From Occultella glacieicola (lineage in GTDB: Bacteria; Actinomycetota; Actinomycetes; Actinomycetales; Beutenbergiaceae): a DNA stretch of 64,000 nucleotides. A program made the position numbers and the translations under genes. Below, in pieces: positions 21,376-32,082 of this stretch. The stretch covers positions 62,001 through 126,000 of the forward strand of contig NZ_SMNA01000014.1 in the NCBI RefSeq assembly GCF_004353825.1, in the 5' to 3' direction. The notes under the pieces were generated by a model. That model had not been told where the DNA came from and did not search any database. It saw nothing but the letters and a program-made list of their open reading frames with translations. The stretch's first letter is position 1. The number at the start of each line of letters is the position of its first letter.

Positions 21376-24069
21376 TCACGGAAGGACCCGACGGGCGGCG
21401 TCGCCGCGGGCGGGGTGGGCCACGTCGACCCGGGCGCCGAGGATGGCTGCCCCGGTCTCGGCGACGAGGACGGGGTTCAGGGTGATCGAGGCGACCTCGG
21501 CCAACTCGTCCTTGAGGACGCTGATCCGCCCGATCACGGCGGTGAGCGCATCGACGTCGAGGGCCGGCAGGCCACGGTGCCCGAACAGCCGCGCGGACGC
21601 CCGCAGCGAACGGACCATCTCGAGCGCGTCCACGTCCGTGAGCGGCGGCACCCGGTAGGACACGTCGCCGAGAAGTTCCACGGCGTCCCCACCCAGCCCG
21701 GCGCTGATGATCGGCCCGTACAGCTCGTCCTCGGTGGCGCGGACCACGCAGGCGGCACCGGTCGGGGCCATCGACTGCACGTCGAACGTGGTGCCCCGGC
21801 GCTTCATGGCCTGCACCCTGGCCTCGCCCTGCGCGAAGGCCTCCCGCAGCTCCGCCGGGGTGGACAGGTCCAGCCGGACCCCGCCGAGGTCCGCCCGGTG
21901 TCGCAGCACCTCGTCGGAGGTCTTCAACGCCACCGGCCAGCCCAGCTCCTCGGCGGCCGCGACCGCCGAGTCGGCGTCGGTGACCGTGATCTCCGGCCAC
22001 TTGTGCAAGCCGTACGCGGCGAGCAGCTCGGAGGTGCGCTCCGGGCTCAACCGTCGCGTGGTCCCGCGCGGCAGGCCGGCCAGCTCGGCCTGGACCAGTT
22101 CCTTGGCGCGACGCCGGTCGACGTCGACAGGGTCGATGCGCCGGCCCCGGTCCGCACTGCGCCATTCGTGATAGCGGACCGCCTCGACGAGCCCGTGGGT
22201 GGCGGCCTCCACGGTCGCGAAGCCCGGGACCCGGACGCCGTCGGCGGCCAGTTCCGGCGCCAGCCCGGCGATCCCGAACACGCAGGCGACCGTGGTACGC
22301 CCGCCGGCGGCGGCGAGGCGGGCGATCTCCGGGGCGACGGCGGCGCCCTCGTCGTCCAGGATCGGCACGTACGCGACGATGGCCGCGTCCCAGTCGTCGC
22401 GGGCCAGGGCCGCGTCGACGACGTCCCGGTACGCACCCGGCCCGGCGGTCGGCGGGAGCGCGACCGGGGCGCCCGCGACCCGGAGCCCACCGCCGTCGAG
22501 CAGCTCGGCGATCACGGCGCCCTGGGTGCCCGAGTTCGTCAGCACGAGCACCCTGCCGCCGGCCGGCAGCGGCTGCTCGGAGAACAGCGTGGCCAGGTCG
22601 AGGAGCTCCGGGATCGTCTCCGCCCGGATCACACCGGCCTGCCGCATCAGTTCGTCCAGGGCGCGCGGTGGTTCCCTGGAGATCCGCACGGCGTGACCGG
22701 GCGGGTTCAGTTGGCCGGTGGTGCCGGCGATCATGGTGATCACCGGCCCCTTCTCGGACAGCCGGCGCGCCACCCGGGAGAATTTGCGCGGATTACCGAT
22801 CGACTCGAACCGCAGCGCCGAGACCCGGGTCCGGGGGTCGGCGAGCCAGAACTGCATGGTGTCGTTGCCGGAGACGTCCACCCGGTGCCCGGCGGAGAGG
22901 AACGAGGCGACCCCGAGGTCGCGGTCGGCGGCACCGGTGACCAGGGCCAGCCCGGCCGCACCGGACTGGCAGAACAGGCCCACCGCTCCCTCGCGCAGCG
23001 GCCGCGGCGCAAGGGTCGCGTTCAGGTGCCCGTGGTCCCCGCCGGTGACGAGCCCGAACGAGTGGGGGCCGACGAGCCGCAGCCCGGCCTCCCGGGCGGC
23101 CCGGACCAGCACCCGCTGGGTCACCCGGCCCTCGTGCGTCGCGGTGGTGAACCCACCCGAGTACACGACCACCCCCTGCACGCCGAGGGCGGCCAGGTCG
23201 GCGAGGATCGCGGTCACCTCGACCGCCGGCGCGGCGACCAGGGCGAGGTCGAACGGGCCGGCGTCGGCGACATCGGGAAGCGTCGCCGGACTCCCCGGCA
23301 GACCGACACACCGGAGGGTGCCGGCGTACCCACCCCCGTCGATCGCGGCGCGCAGCCGCTCACCGAACGCGGCGCCGTCGGGCCCGGCCGCATAGACGAG
23401 CACCGCCGCCGGGTCGAGCAGCCCGGCCATCGAGAGCGCCTCGGCCCGCTGCTCCCGCTCGGCGAGCACGGCCAGCGACCGGTCGGTGGGCCTGATCGTG
23501 AAGGACACCGAGAGCACGCCGTCGTCGAAGCTCTGGTCCACGTCGTAGCCCGCGTCCGAGAACACCCGCATCATCCGGGTGTTCTGCGGCAGCACGTCCG
23601 CGACGAACCTGCGCACCCCCAGCTCCCGGGCGGCGGCGGCCAGGTGTTCCAGGAGGACCGAGCCGAGCCCCTTGCCCTGCACGACGTCGAGCACGTTGAA
23701 CGCCACCTCGGCGTCCCCGCCGCCGCCGATCCGGTCGAACCTCCCGACGGCCACGATCTCCTCGCCGAGGAGCAGCACCAGGGCGACCCGCTGCACGTGG
23801 TCGACGTGGGTGAACCGGTGCAGGTCCCGGTCGCCGAGCCGCTCCATCGGGGCGAAGAACCGCAGGTACGTCGACTCCGGGGACTGTCGGGCGTGGAACC
23901 GCTGCAACGCGTCGGCGTCGTCGGGGCGGATCGGTCGGATCCGGGCCGTGGAGCCGTCGCGGAGCACGACGTCGGCCTCCCAGTGGGCCGGGTACTGCGG
24001 TTCCTCGGGAGCCGGGGTGGCGTCGTCGGCGACGGGCTCGCTCGCCGCCGGCGGCTCCTGGCTGTGCAT
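21376..24069 (-). CDS. GNAT / acetate-CoA-ligase-like bifunctional protein (Pat-type protein lysine acetyltransferase)
   Basis: N-terminal GNAT ([27 protein letters not shown]), CoA-binding/succinyl-CoA-ligase-like middle ([15 protein letters not shown]) and ATP-grasp C-terminus (GWPVALK, GGVRLDL). Confidence 0.9.
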   Translation of the reverse strand: MHSQEPPAASEPVADDATPAPEEPQYPAHWEADVVLRDGSTARIRPIRPDDADALQRFHARQSPESTYLRFFAPMERLGDRDLHRFTHVDHVQRVALVLLLGEEIVAVGRFDRIGGGGDAEVAFNVLDVVQGKGLGSVLLEHLAAAARELGVRRFVADVLPQNTRMMRVFSDAGYDVDQSFDDGVLSVSFTIRPTDRSLAVLAEREQRAEALSMAGLLDPAAVLVYAAGPDGAAFGERLRAAIDGGGYAGTLRCVGLPGSPATLPDVADAGPFDLALVAAPAVEVTAILADLAALGVQGVVVYSGGFTTATHEGRVTQRVLVRAAREAGLRLVGPHSFGLVTGGDHGHLNATLAPRPLREGAVGLFCQSGAAGLALVTGAADRDLGVASFLSAGHRVDVSGNDTMQFWLADPRTRVSALRFESIGNPRKFSRVARRLSEKGPVITMIAGTTGQLNPPGHAVRISREPPRALDELMRQAGVIRAETIPELLDLATLFSEQPLPAGGRVLVLTNSGTQGAVIAELLDGGGLRVAGAPVALPPTAGPGAYRDVVDAALARDDWDAAIVAYVPILDDEGAAVAPEIARLAAAGGRTTVACVFGIAGLAPELAADGVRVPGFATVEAATHGLVEAVRYHEWRSADRGRRIDPVDVDRRRAKELVQAELAGLPRGTTRRLSPERTSELLAAYGLHKWPEITVTDADSAVAAAEELGWPVALKTSDEVLRHRADLGGVRLDLSTPAELREAFAQGEARVQAMKRRGTTFDVQSMAPTGAACVVRATEDELYGPIISAGLGGDAVELLGDVSYRVPPLTDVDALEMVRSLRASARLFGHRGLPALDVDALTAVIGRISVLKDELAEVASITLNPVLVAETGAAILGARVDVAHPARGDAARRVLP

Positions 24070-24150
24070 TGTTCGATCCTAGTCGGGCGGTGCCCGGGTC
24101 CTCGGTGTGGGACGCCCGGGATCGGGCCCGGGATCGGTGAGAATGGAGCC

Positions 24151-26628
24151 ATGGCACGACGCACGTCCGGCACCACTCCCGGCTCCGATCCCACGAACAT
24201 CATCGATATCGACGTCTCCGAGGAGATGCAGGGCTCGTTCCTGGAGTACGCGTACTCGGTGATCTACTCGCGGGCCCTCCCGGACGCCCGGGACGGGCTC
24301 AAGCCGGTGCAGCGCCGGATCCTGTACCAGATGTCCGAGATGGGCCTGCGGCCCGACCGGGGGCATGTGAAGTCGGCCCGCGTGGTCGGCGAGGTGATGG
24401 GCAAGCTGCACCCGCACGGGGACACGGCCATCTACGACGCCCTGGTCCGGATGGCACAGCCCTTCTCGCTGCGGCTGCCGCTCGTGGACGGCCACGGCAA
24501 CTTCGGCTCCCTCGACGACGGCCCCGCCGCACCCCGGTACACCGAGGCCCGGCTCGCGCCGGCGGCGATGGTGATGACCGCGGGCCTCGGCGAGGACGTC
24601 GTCGACTTCGTCCCGAACTACGACAATCAGCTCCGCCAGCCGGATGTGCTGCCCTCGGCGCTGCCGAACCTGCTCGTCAACGGGGCGAGCGGGATCGCCG
24701 TCGGCATGGCCACGAACATGCCCCCGCACAACCTGGTCGAGGTGATCGCCGCCGCTCGGCACCTGATCGCGCACCCGGAGGCCGACCTCGAGGCGCTGAT
24801 GCGGTTCGTGCCCGGGCCGGACCTGCCCGGCGGCGGCAAGATCGTGGGCCTCGCCGGCATCCGGGACGCGTACGCGAGCGGGCGTGGCTCCTTCCGGACC
24901 AGGGCGAGCGCCCGGATCGAGAACCTCACCCCGCGGCGCAAGGGCATCGTGGTCACCGAGCTGCCGTACCTGGTCGGCCCCGAGCGGGTGATCGAGAAGA
25001 TCAAGGACGCCGTCCAGTCGAAGAAGCTGCAGGGGATCTCGGCCGTCACCGACCTCACCGACCGCGCGAACGGGCTGCGGCTGGTGATCGAGGTCAAGAA
25101 CGGGTTCAACCCGGAGGCGGTCCTCGCGCACCTGTACAAGCTGACCCCGCTGGAGGAGTCCTTCGGCATCAACAACGTGGCCCTGGTGCAGGGCCAGCCA
25201 CGCACCCTCGGCCTGCGCGAGCTGCTCACCGTCTACGTCCGGCACCGCTTCGAGGTGGTCCGCCGCCGGACCGAGTTCCGGCTCGGTCGGCGCATCGACC
25301 GGCTGCATTTGGTCGAGGGCCTGCTGATCGCGATCGCGGACATCGACGAGGTGATCGCGGTCATCCGTTCCAGCGACGACGCCGACGCCGCCCGGACCCG
25401 CCTGATCGCGGTGTTCGACCTGTCCGAGCCGCAGGCCGAGTACATCCTCGAGCTGCGGCTGCGGCGGCTGACGAAGTTCTCCCGGATCGAGTTGGAGGCC
25501 GAGCGCGACGAGCTGGCCCGCGAGATCGAGGAGCTGCGAGCCATCCTCGCCGACGAGGGCTTGCTGCGGCAGGTGGTCTCCGACGAGCTGGCCGAGGTGG
25601 CCGCCGAGCACGGCACGCCCCGGCGCACGGTGCTGCTCGAGTCGAGCGGCACGGCCGCCACCGCCGCGGCCGACGGCGCCCCCCGGTCCGGGCGGTCGGC
25701 GGCGGCACTGCCGGAGCTCGAGGTGGCGGATGCCCCGTGCCGGGTGCTGCTCTCGGCGACCGGTCTGCTCGTACGGACGGCCGACGACACCCCGCCGCGC
25801 CGGGACGGTCACCGGACCGCCCACGACGCCCTGCGGGCCGACGCCGCGGCGACCAGCCGGGGCGAGATCGGGGCAGTCACGTCCACCGGCCGGATGCTCA
25901 AGCTCTCGGTGATCGAGGTACCCGCACTGCCACCGACGGACGGGTCGCCGAGCCTGTCCGGCGGGGTCCCCGCCAGCGAGGTGCTGCTCCTCGAGAAGGG
26001 CGAGCGGATCGTGGGCCTCGCACCCCTGGACGAGGCCGCCGCACCGCTGGCCCTCGGCACCCGGGGCGGGGTGGTCAAGCGGGTCACCGCGGACCGCCCG
26101 GGCAGCCGGGACGCATGGGAGGTCATCTCCCTCAAGGACGGCGACGAGGTGGTCGGGGCCGTCAACGCGGCGGAGGACCACGAACTCGTGTTCGTCACCG
26201 CGGACGCCCAGCTGTTGCACTTCGGGGCGGGCGCGGTGCGTCCGCAGGGGCGCAGCGGTCAGGGCATGGCCGGTATCAAGCTCGCGGCCGGGGACCGGGT
26301 GGTGTTCTTCGGGGCGCTCACGCCCGAGGTGGCCGCAGATGCCCAGGTGGTCACCCTGGCCGGCACCTCCGATGCGCTGCCGGGCACGGTGCCCGGGTCC
26401 GCCAAGGTCACCCCGTTCGCGCTCTACCCGGGCAAGGGCCGGGCCACCGGCGGGGTCCGGGCGCACCGGTTCCTGCGCGGTGAGGACAGCCTCTACCTGG
26501 CCGCGGTGGGCCCGGCCCCGGTCCGGGCGGTGGGGTCCGGCGGGCAGAGCATCGACCTGCCCGCGCCGGTGGACCGCCGGGACGGCTCCGGCACGGCGTT
26601 GCCCGCACCGGTCGCCGGCCTGGGCTGA
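24151..26628 (+). CDS. parC: DNA topoisomerase IV subunit A (GyrA/ParC family)
   Basis: [35 protein letters not shown], catalytic APRYTE and GIAVGMATN; no canonical GyrA box; paired with a ParE away from oriC. The real start is ATG 24151 inside the 1737-aa ORF. Confidence 0.93.
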   Translation: MARRTSGTTPGSDPTNIIDIDVSEEMQGSFLEYAYSVIYSRALPDARDGLKPVQRRILYQMSEMGLRPDRGHVKSARVVGEVMGKLHPHGDTAIYDALVRMAQPFSLRLPLVDGHGNFGSLDDGPAAPRYTEARLAPAAMVMTAGLGEDVVDFVPNYDNQLRQPDVLPSALPNLLVNGASGIAVGMATNMPPHNLVEVIAAARHLIAHPEADLEALMRFVPGPDLPGGGKIVGLAGIRDAYASGRGSFRTRASARIENLTPRRKGIVVTELPYLVGPERVIEKIKDAVQSKKLQGISAVTDLTDRANGLRLVIEVKNGFNPEAVLAHLYKLTPLEESFGINNVALVQGQPRTLGLRELLTVYVRHRFEVVRRRTEFRLGRRIDRLHLVEGLLIAIADIDEVIAVIRSSDDADAARTRLIAVFDLSEPQAEYILELRLRRLTKFSRIELEAERDELAREIEELRAILADEGLLRQVVSDELAEVAAEHGTPRRTVLLESSGTAATAAADGAPRSGRSAAALPELEVADAPCRVLLSATGLLVRTADDTPPRRDGHRTAHDALRADAAATSRGEIGAVTSTGRMLKLSVIEVPALPPTDGSPSLSGGVPASEVLLLEKGERIVGLAPLDEAAAPLALGTRGGVVKRVTADRPGSRDAWEVISLKDGDEVVGAVNAAEDHELVFVTADAQLLHFGAGAVRPQGRSGQGMAGIKLAAGDRVVFFGALTPEVAADAQVVTLAGTSDALPGTVPGSAKVTPFALYPGKGRATGGVRAHRFLRGEDSLYLAAVGPAPVRAVGSGGQSIDLPAPVDRRDGSGTALPAPVAGLG

Positions 26629-26638
26629 GCGGCCCGGC

Positions 26639-27433
26639 TCAGTCGGCGACCGCGGCCGGTTCGGCCGCGAGGTCGGCGGCCCCTTCGGTGGTGGGCTCGG
26701 CGGCCGCTTCGGTGGCGGCGTCCGGCTCGGCCGCGCCGAGCGCGCCGACCACGCCGGCCGCGAGGAGGGCCTGGGCCACGAGGTAGGTGCTCATCACGAC
26801 CAGGTGGTGCCCACCGAAGAAGTACCAGGGCGCGAACGTGTTCAGGGCGATCAGGGCGTCGGAGACGAAGAACAACGCACCGCCGACGGCGGTGGTCCGG
26901 TTCACGGTCGTGCTCGCCGTGGCCATCGCGGCCAGCAGCAGCCCGTAGCAGACGACCGGCCCGCCGAGGAAGCCCGCCTCCGGCAGGCACCATGCCGTGA
27001 GGGCGGCGAAGGAGGCCCCGAACACGGCGCCGGCCGCCAGCACCGGTGCGGGCCGCCGTCGCCAGGCCCCCGCGACGTAGGGAGCGAACGCGGCCAGGTA
27101 GCAGGCCTGGGCCACCAGGAAGCCCCCGACCATGCCCAGGAACCCGGCGTCCCCGGTCACGAACCGCGGCACGGTGTCGCCGACCCACGAGGCCACCAGG
27201 CCCGCCGTCATCAGGGCGGCCGTCCGCCTCCGGACGCCGCCGAGGTCGGCCACGGCGGAACCGAACGCCGCGGCGAGCGCGGGCATCAGCAGGATCTGGG
27301 AGACCGTCGGCAGCGCCCCGGACTCGACCACCCGTGAGGTCAGGTGCACACTGCCGACGGCGACGTACGCGCCGAAGAGCGCCTGTGTCCGCGGGCTCAG
27401 TCGCCGCAGAACCTGACGCACCGTCGCACTCAC
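26639..27433 (-). CDS. Lysoplasmalogenase / YhhN family membrane protein
   Basis: LLMPAL, SWVGD, FLGMVGGFLVAQ, GGALFFVSDALIA and VMSTYLVAQ. Confidence 0.85.
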   Translation of the reverse strand: MSATVRQVLRRLSPRTQALFGAYVAVGSVHLTSRVVESGALPTVSQILLMPALAAAFGSAVADLGGVRRRTAALMTAGLVASWVGDTVPRFVTGDAGFLGMVGGFLVAQACYLAAFAPYVAGAWRRRPAPVLAAGAVFGASFAALTAWCLPEAGFLGGPVVCYGLLLAAMATASTTVNRTTAVGGALFFVSDALIALNTFAPWYFFGGHHLVVMSTYLVAQALLAAGVVGALGAAEPDAATEAAAEPTTEGAADLAAEPAAVAD

Positions 27434-28476
27434 ACCTCGATCGTATACATGGTCGACCCACGGGTGGGCTCGAACTGCAGGTTGCCGTAGAGCCCGAACG
27501 CCCCGGTCGGTTGCTCGGTGTCGATGCCGAGACCGGCGTACTCCATGCCGTCCTCACGGTAGGCGGCCATGGCCCGGGCGAGCAGCGCCGTCGCGATCCG
27601 CTGACCGCGCCACTCCCGCCGGACACCGAGGATGTCGATGTAGCCCTCGGTCCACCCGAGGGACTCCCAGTCCTGCTCGTACCGGCCGGACAGCAGGTAG
27701 CCGGCCACCTGGGCCCGGTCGGTGGTGCGGTCGAGCACCAGGAAGCTCCACGTCGGCGCGAAGTACGTGCGGCCCTCCTGCCAGGTCTCGACGGTGTGCG
27801 GCTCGGAGCCCCAGTGGTCCCGGAAGGAGTCGTTGTGCGCGAGCCGTACCTGGTCGTCGAGCTCGGCGGACCAGGGCACCAGGTCGAGGTTGCTGCGCAG
27901 CTTGACGGCGGGCAGTTCCAGACCGAGGTCGCGGCGCATCTCGGTGTACCAGCGCCGCGGGCTGAAGCCCTGCTCCTGAAGCATTCGCACCGAGTCGGTC
28001 ATGCCGTCCTCGACGTGCACCACGATCCGGCCGGGCACGTCCTTCCCGGAGGCGGCGAGCACCTGCCGGGACCGGTCCACCTGCCACCGCAGCACCGCGG
28101 TCCCGATCGACCGGCGCCGCCACAGCGGGTCGACGCCGCCCTCGAGGAACGCCCGCACCGAACGGACGTCCCCGGGCTGCACCGTCACGGTGCCGTAGGC
28201 GCGCAGCACACCCTCGCCGTCGAACCCGCCGAGGGAATTGTTCGGCGCGTCCTTCCACTCGCCCTGGAAGGTCTCGGCGGCCTCCTCGAGGGTGGTCCGG
28301 TAGGGCGGGTTGTCGTGGGTCTCGATGCGCTCGAACAGTGCGTGCAACTCGGCCACGTCCCCGGTGCCGAGGGGGCGCCAGGTCAGCCCGGATCCCGCTG
28401 ACGGCATCGTCAGCAGCCGTGGCGCCCTCGCCCGCTCGGCGAGGGTGGCGTTCTCGGGTGCGCTGTCCTGCGTCAT
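27430..28476 (-). CDS. Tandem-domain GNAT N-acetyltransferase (MshD-like fold)
   Basis: GLTWRPL, VDPLWRRRSIG, HNDSFRDHWG, LGVRREWRGQRIA and GLGIDTEQPTGAFGLY..F; GGAGG-like RBS. Confidence 0.85.
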   Translation of the reverse strand: MTQDSAPENATLAERARAPRLLTMPSAGSGLTWRPLGTGDVAELHALFERIETHDNPPYRTTLEEAAETFQGEWKDAPNNSLGGFDGEGVLRAYGTVTVQPGDVRSVRAFLEGGVDPLWRRRSIGTAVLRWQVDRSRQVLAASGKDVPGRIVVHVEDGMTDSVRMLQEQGFSPRRWYTEMRRDLGLELPAVKLRSNLDLVPWSAELDDQVRLAHNDSFRDHWGSEPHTVETWQEGRTYFAPTWSFLVLDRTTDRAQVAGYLLSGRYEQDWESLGWTEGYIDILGVRREWRGQRIATALLARAMAAYREDGMEYAGLGIDTEQPTGAFGLYGNLQFEPTRGSTMYTIEV

Positions 28477-28552
28477 GCCGCCGCCGAGGAGGCGGTCCGA
28501 GCCGGGAGAGCGCGCCGTGGGTCGTCCGGATGGTTCAGGTACAAGGGTTGGC

Positions 28553-29524
28553 TCACAGTTCGATCGAATACAGCACGCCGGCGCCGCGGAGCCGATACCC
28601 GAGCCCGGCGTAGAGGTCACGCGCCGGGTTCCGGGCGTCGACATCCAGCCGGGCCACGTCCATGTCATCGGCAGCGTAGGCGCGCAGGGCCGTGCTGAGC
28701 AAAGCACGCCCGATCCCGGCGCCGGCCCGGTCGGGCCGCACCGCCAGCAGATCTGTGTAGGCCACCCGCGCTCCGTCCTCGTCCGGGTCGTGGCTGGAGA
28801 TGACGAATCCGACCGGCTCGGCGCCGTCCACGGCGAGGAAGGACCACGCCGGGCGCAGTCGCCGGACCAGCCCGGCCCAGGTGCCCGGATCCTGCGCTCC
28901 GGCACCGTCGAACGCGACATCGTGCACCGTCCTGGCCGCAGCACCGGCGGCGGGGGTCCAGGCGGCGATGCGCACCCCGGCGTTGCCCACCGCGTCCGGC
29001 TGCACGGGCGTCGGCCGGCCCGGCACCTGCGACAGGCTCAGTTCCAGGTTCTCGGTGGTGCGGACCGGGGCGTAGCCGGCGGCGACGCACATCCGGCGCC
29101 GGTCCGCGAGGTGGGCGTCCACATGCACCCCGATCCGGGAGGTGCGCCCGTCGGCCACCTCGAGGAGGATCTCCCGGGCCCGGTCCTCCTGCCAGGCGAA
29201 CAGGGCGCGGCCGACCCCGCGGCCCCGCCACGCCGGGTCGAGGGTGGCCCAGAGCAGCGCCCGGGGATGCGACGGTTCGCTCTGGACCAGCCCGGCCGCG
29301 CGCAGCACGCCGGTGCCGTCGAACCCGGCCAGGGAGTCCCGGTCCGGGTCCAGGCCGGGAAGGCTCAGCAGGTGCGCGATCCGGGACCGGGTGAACGGGT
29401 GCAACGACCGGTCCGCGATCTCGGCCCGGTTCGCCAGGTCCGTGAGGTGGGAGTCGACGTCCGGCGGCGTCAGTGGGCGCCAGGTCAGGCCGAGGTGGGC
29501 CGCCGGAACCGGGGCGGTCCTCAT
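28553..29524 (-). CDS. Tandem-domain GNAT N-acetyltransferase (paralogue of adjacent GNAT)
   Basis: GLTWRPL, LDPAWRGRGVGRAL, LAVRPDRAGAGIGRALL and LDVDARNPARDLYAGLGY; ATG overlaps the parE stop (TGATG). Confidence 0.82.
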   Translation of the reverse strand: MRTAPVPAAHLGLTWRPLTPPDVDSHLTDLANRAEIADRSLHPFTRSRIAHLLSLPGLDPDRDSLAGFDGTGVLRAAGLVQSEPSHPRALLWATLDPAWRGRGVGRALFAWQEDRAREILLEVADGRTSRIGVHVDAHLADRRRMCVAAGYAPVRTTENLELSLSQVPGRPTPVQPDAVGNAGVRIAAWTPAAGAAARTVHDVAFDGAGAQDPGTWAGLVRRLRPAWSFLAVDGAEPVGFVISSHDPDEDGARVAYTDLLAVRPDRAGAGIGRALLSTALRAYAADDMDVARLDVDARNPARDLYAGLGYRLRGAGVLYSIEL

Positions 29525-31650
29525 CACGCGTCGATCCGGTCGCGGTCCAGGTCGTCCGCGCCGGCGATGATGAAGTCCTTGCGGGGGGCCACGTCGTTGC
29601 CCATCAGCAGCTCGAAAACATGCTCCGCGGCCTCCACGTCGGCCATGGTGACCCGTCGCAGGCTACGGTGCGCCGGGTCCATCGTCGTCTCGGCGAGCTG
29701 GTCCGCGTCCATCTCCCCCAGGCCCTTGTACCGCTGGATCGGCTCCTTGTAGCGGCGCCCGGTCCGCTCGAGCTTCGCCAGCACCTTGTGCAGTTCGGCC
29801 TCGGAGTAGGTGTAGGTGACGTCGCCCTTGCGCGAGCCCTGCGCCGTGGTCTCCACCCGGTGCAGCGGTGGCACCGCCGCGTACACCCGGCCGTCCTCGA
29901 CGAGCGGGCGCATGTACCGGAAGAACAGGGTGAGCAGCAGGGTCCGGATGTGCGCGCCGTCGACGTCCGCGTCCGTCATCAGGACGACCTTGCCGTACCG
30001 CACCGTGGACAGGTCGAAGGTGCGCCCGGAGCCGCCGCCGATCACCTGGATGATCGAGGCGCACTCGGCGTTCTTGAGCATGTCCGCCAGGGACGCCTTC
30101 TGGACGTTGAGGATCTTGCCGCGGATCGGCAGCAGCGCCTGGAAATCCGAGCTGCGCGCCAGTTTCGCGGTGCCGAGGGCGCTGTCCCCCTCGACGATGA
30201 ACAGCTCGGAGCGCTCCACGTCGTCGGAGCGGCAGTCCGCGAGCTTCGCGGGCAGGGTGGACGTCTCCAGGGCGTTCTTGCGCCGGGAGAGCTCCTTGTG
30301 GGTGCGGGCCGCGACCCGGGCCCGCATCTCGCCGACCACCTTCTCCAGTACCGCAGCGGCCTGGACCTTCTCGTGCCGCTTGCCGGAGGTCAGCAGCGCG
30401 TCGAGCTCCCGGTCGACGACCTTGGCGACGATCGCGCGCACCGGAGCGGTGCCGAGGATCTCCTTCGTCTGACCCTCGAACTGCGGCTCCGGCAGCCGCA
30501 CGGTGACCACCGCCGTCAGACCGGCGAGCACGTCGTCCTTCTCGATGCGTTCCTTGGCGTCCTTGCCGGAGATCTTCAGCCGCCGGGCGTTCGCGTCGAT
30601 CTGCTTGCGCACCGACTTCAGCAGCCCCTGCTCGAAGCCGGCCAGGTGGGTGCCTCCCTTGGGGGTGGCGATGATGTTGACGAAGGTGCGGACCTCGGCG
30701 TCGTAGCCGATGCCCCACCTCATCGCGACCTCGACCTCACAGTTGCGCTCCACCTCGGCGGGCCGCAGGTGGCCCTTGGCGTCGAGCTGCTGCACGGTCT
30801 CGGTGAACGTCTCGGTGCCCTGTAGCCGCCAGGTGTCGGTGACGGAGGCGTCCGCGGCGAGGAAGTCCACGAAGTCGACCGCCCCGCCGTCGTGCTTGAA
30901 GACCTCCTCGACGGGGCCGTCGGCACCCGGCGTACCGGGCAGCCCACGCTCGTCGCGCACGGTCAGGGACAGCCCGGGCACCAGGAACGAGGTCTGTCGG
31001 GCCCGGGTGACGAGCTCGTCGTAGGAGAACGTCGCCGAGTCCGGGAAGATCTGCCGGTCCGCCCAGTAGCGCACCCGGGTCCCGGTGACGCCGCGCTTGA
31101 CCCGGCCGCTCACCTGCAGCTCGGAGTGGTCGGTGAACGGGGTGAACGGCGCGTCCGGTGAGGGGGTACCGCGGTCCGCGAAGGTGCCGGGCTCACCCCG
31201 GTGGAAGGACATCCGGTGGGTCTTGCCGCCCCGGTCGACCTCGACGTCGAGACGTGCGGAGAGGGCGTTCACCACCGAGGCACCGACGCCGTGCAGGCCG
31301 CCGGACGCGGCGTAGGAGCCTCCTCCGAACTTTCCACCGGCGTGCAGCTTCGTGTACACGACCTCCACGCCGCTCAGGCCGAGCCCGGCGACGTTGTCCA
31401 CCGGGATGCCGCGGCCGGTGTCCCGGACCTCCACGGAGGCGTCCGGGTGCAGCACGATCTCGATCGAGTCGCCGTGACCCTCCAGTGCCTCGTCGACGGC
31501 GTTGTCGATGATCTCCCAGAGGCAGTGCATGAGGCCCCGGGAGTCCGTGGACCCGATATACATCCCGGGTCGTTTGCGGACCGCTTCCAGGCCCTCCAGG
31601 ACGGAGAGATGGCGCGCGGTGTAGCTGGAGTCTGCTGACGTCGATGACAC
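29524..31650 (-). CDS. parE: DNA topoisomerase IV subunit B (GyrB/ParE family)
   Basis: LEGLEAVRKRPGMYIG, EIIDNAVDE, LHAGGKF, SGGLHGVG, IVEGDSA, PIRGKILN, DADVDGAHI and QRYKGLGEM. Confidence 0.95.
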   Translation of the reverse strand: MSSTSADSSYTARHLSVLEGLEAVRKRPGMYIGSTDSRGLMHCLWEIIDNAVDEALEGHGDSIEIVLHPDASVEVRDTGRGIPVDNVAGLGLSGVEVVYTKLHAGGKFGGGSYAASGGLHGVGASVVNALSARLDVEVDRGGKTHRMSFHRGEPGTFADRGTPSPDAPFTPFTDHSELQVSGRVKRGVTGTRVRYWADRQIFPDSATFSYDELVTRARQTSFLVPGLSLTVRDERGLPGTPGADGPVEEVFKHDGGAVDFVDFLAADASVTDTWRLQGTETFTETVQQLDAKGHLRPAEVERNCEVEVAMRWGIGYDAEVRTFVNIIATPKGGTHLAGFEQGLLKSVRKQIDANARRLKISGKDAKERIEKDDVLAGLTAVVTVRLPEPQFEGQTKEILGTAPVRAIVAKVVDRELDALLTSGKRHEKVQAAAVLEKVVGEMRARVAARTHKELSRRKNALETSTLPAKLADCRSDDVERSELFIVEGDSALGTAKLARSSDFQALLPIRGKILNVQKASLADMLKNAECASIIQVIGGGSGRTFDLSTVRYGKVVLMTDADVDGAHIRTLLLTLFFRYMRPLVEDGRVYAAVPPLHRVETTAQGSRKGDVTYTYSEAELHKVLAKLERTGRRYKEPIQRYKGLGEMDADQLAETTMDPAHRSLRRVTMADVEAAEHVFELLMGNDVAPRKDFIIAGADDLDRDRIDA

Positions 31651-31807
31651 CCCCTCATCCTAGGCGTGGGCGGTCGCAAACCCCGGGAGCGCCATCCGGA
31701 ATCGGTGGACGGCCGGATCCGGCAGGTGGCGTGCGCCACACCGGCGATACGCGGTGAGCGAACTCACCCCGGTGAACGGATGGAATGACGGTGGGCGGTG
31801 GTTACAT

Positions 31808-32038
31808 GTGACTGTGAGCGTACTGACAGCAGACCAAGCGACCCCCGAGCTGACCGCGGCCGACCGCTGCGACGCGTGCGGAGCCCAGGCCTACGTGCGT
31901 GTCCTCCTTCCCTCCGGTGAGCTCCTCTTCTGCGCCCACCACGGGCGCAAGCACGCCGAGGCACTGGGCCAGGTGGCCACCCACATCCACGACGAGTCCG
32001 ACCGGCTCTTCTCCGAGCCCCAGGCCGACCAGCGCTGA
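31808..32038 (+). CDS. Small conserved actinobacterial C3H zinc-finger-like protein (DUF7455-like)
   Basis: LTAADRCDACGAQAYVRV..ELLFCAHH..IHDES; divergent from parE; start GTG 31808 or 31814. Confidence 0.8.
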   Translation: MTVSVLTADQATPELTAADRCDACGAQAYVRVLLPSGELLFCAHHGRKHAEALGQVATHIHDESDRLFSEPQADQR

Positions 32039-32082
32039 CCAGCAGATGACCGGCAGATGACCGGGCCGGACCGGTCCTGACG

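Noticed and set aside
21415..24150. Apparent 1737-aa ORF fusing about 900 extra residues to ParC
   Set aside because: The extension is the stop-free antisense frame of the pat gene. ParC homology begins at ATG 24151, which has its own -10 box.
24151..31650. Calling the type II topoisomerase genes gyrA/gyrB
   Set aside because: Convergent, separated and not near dnaA/recF; no canonical GyrA box; fits actinobacterial topoisomerase IV.
31782..31803. GGAAT...GTT upstream of the small Zn-finger gene as an ECF promoter
   Set aside because: The spacer is 14 nt rather than 17-18.
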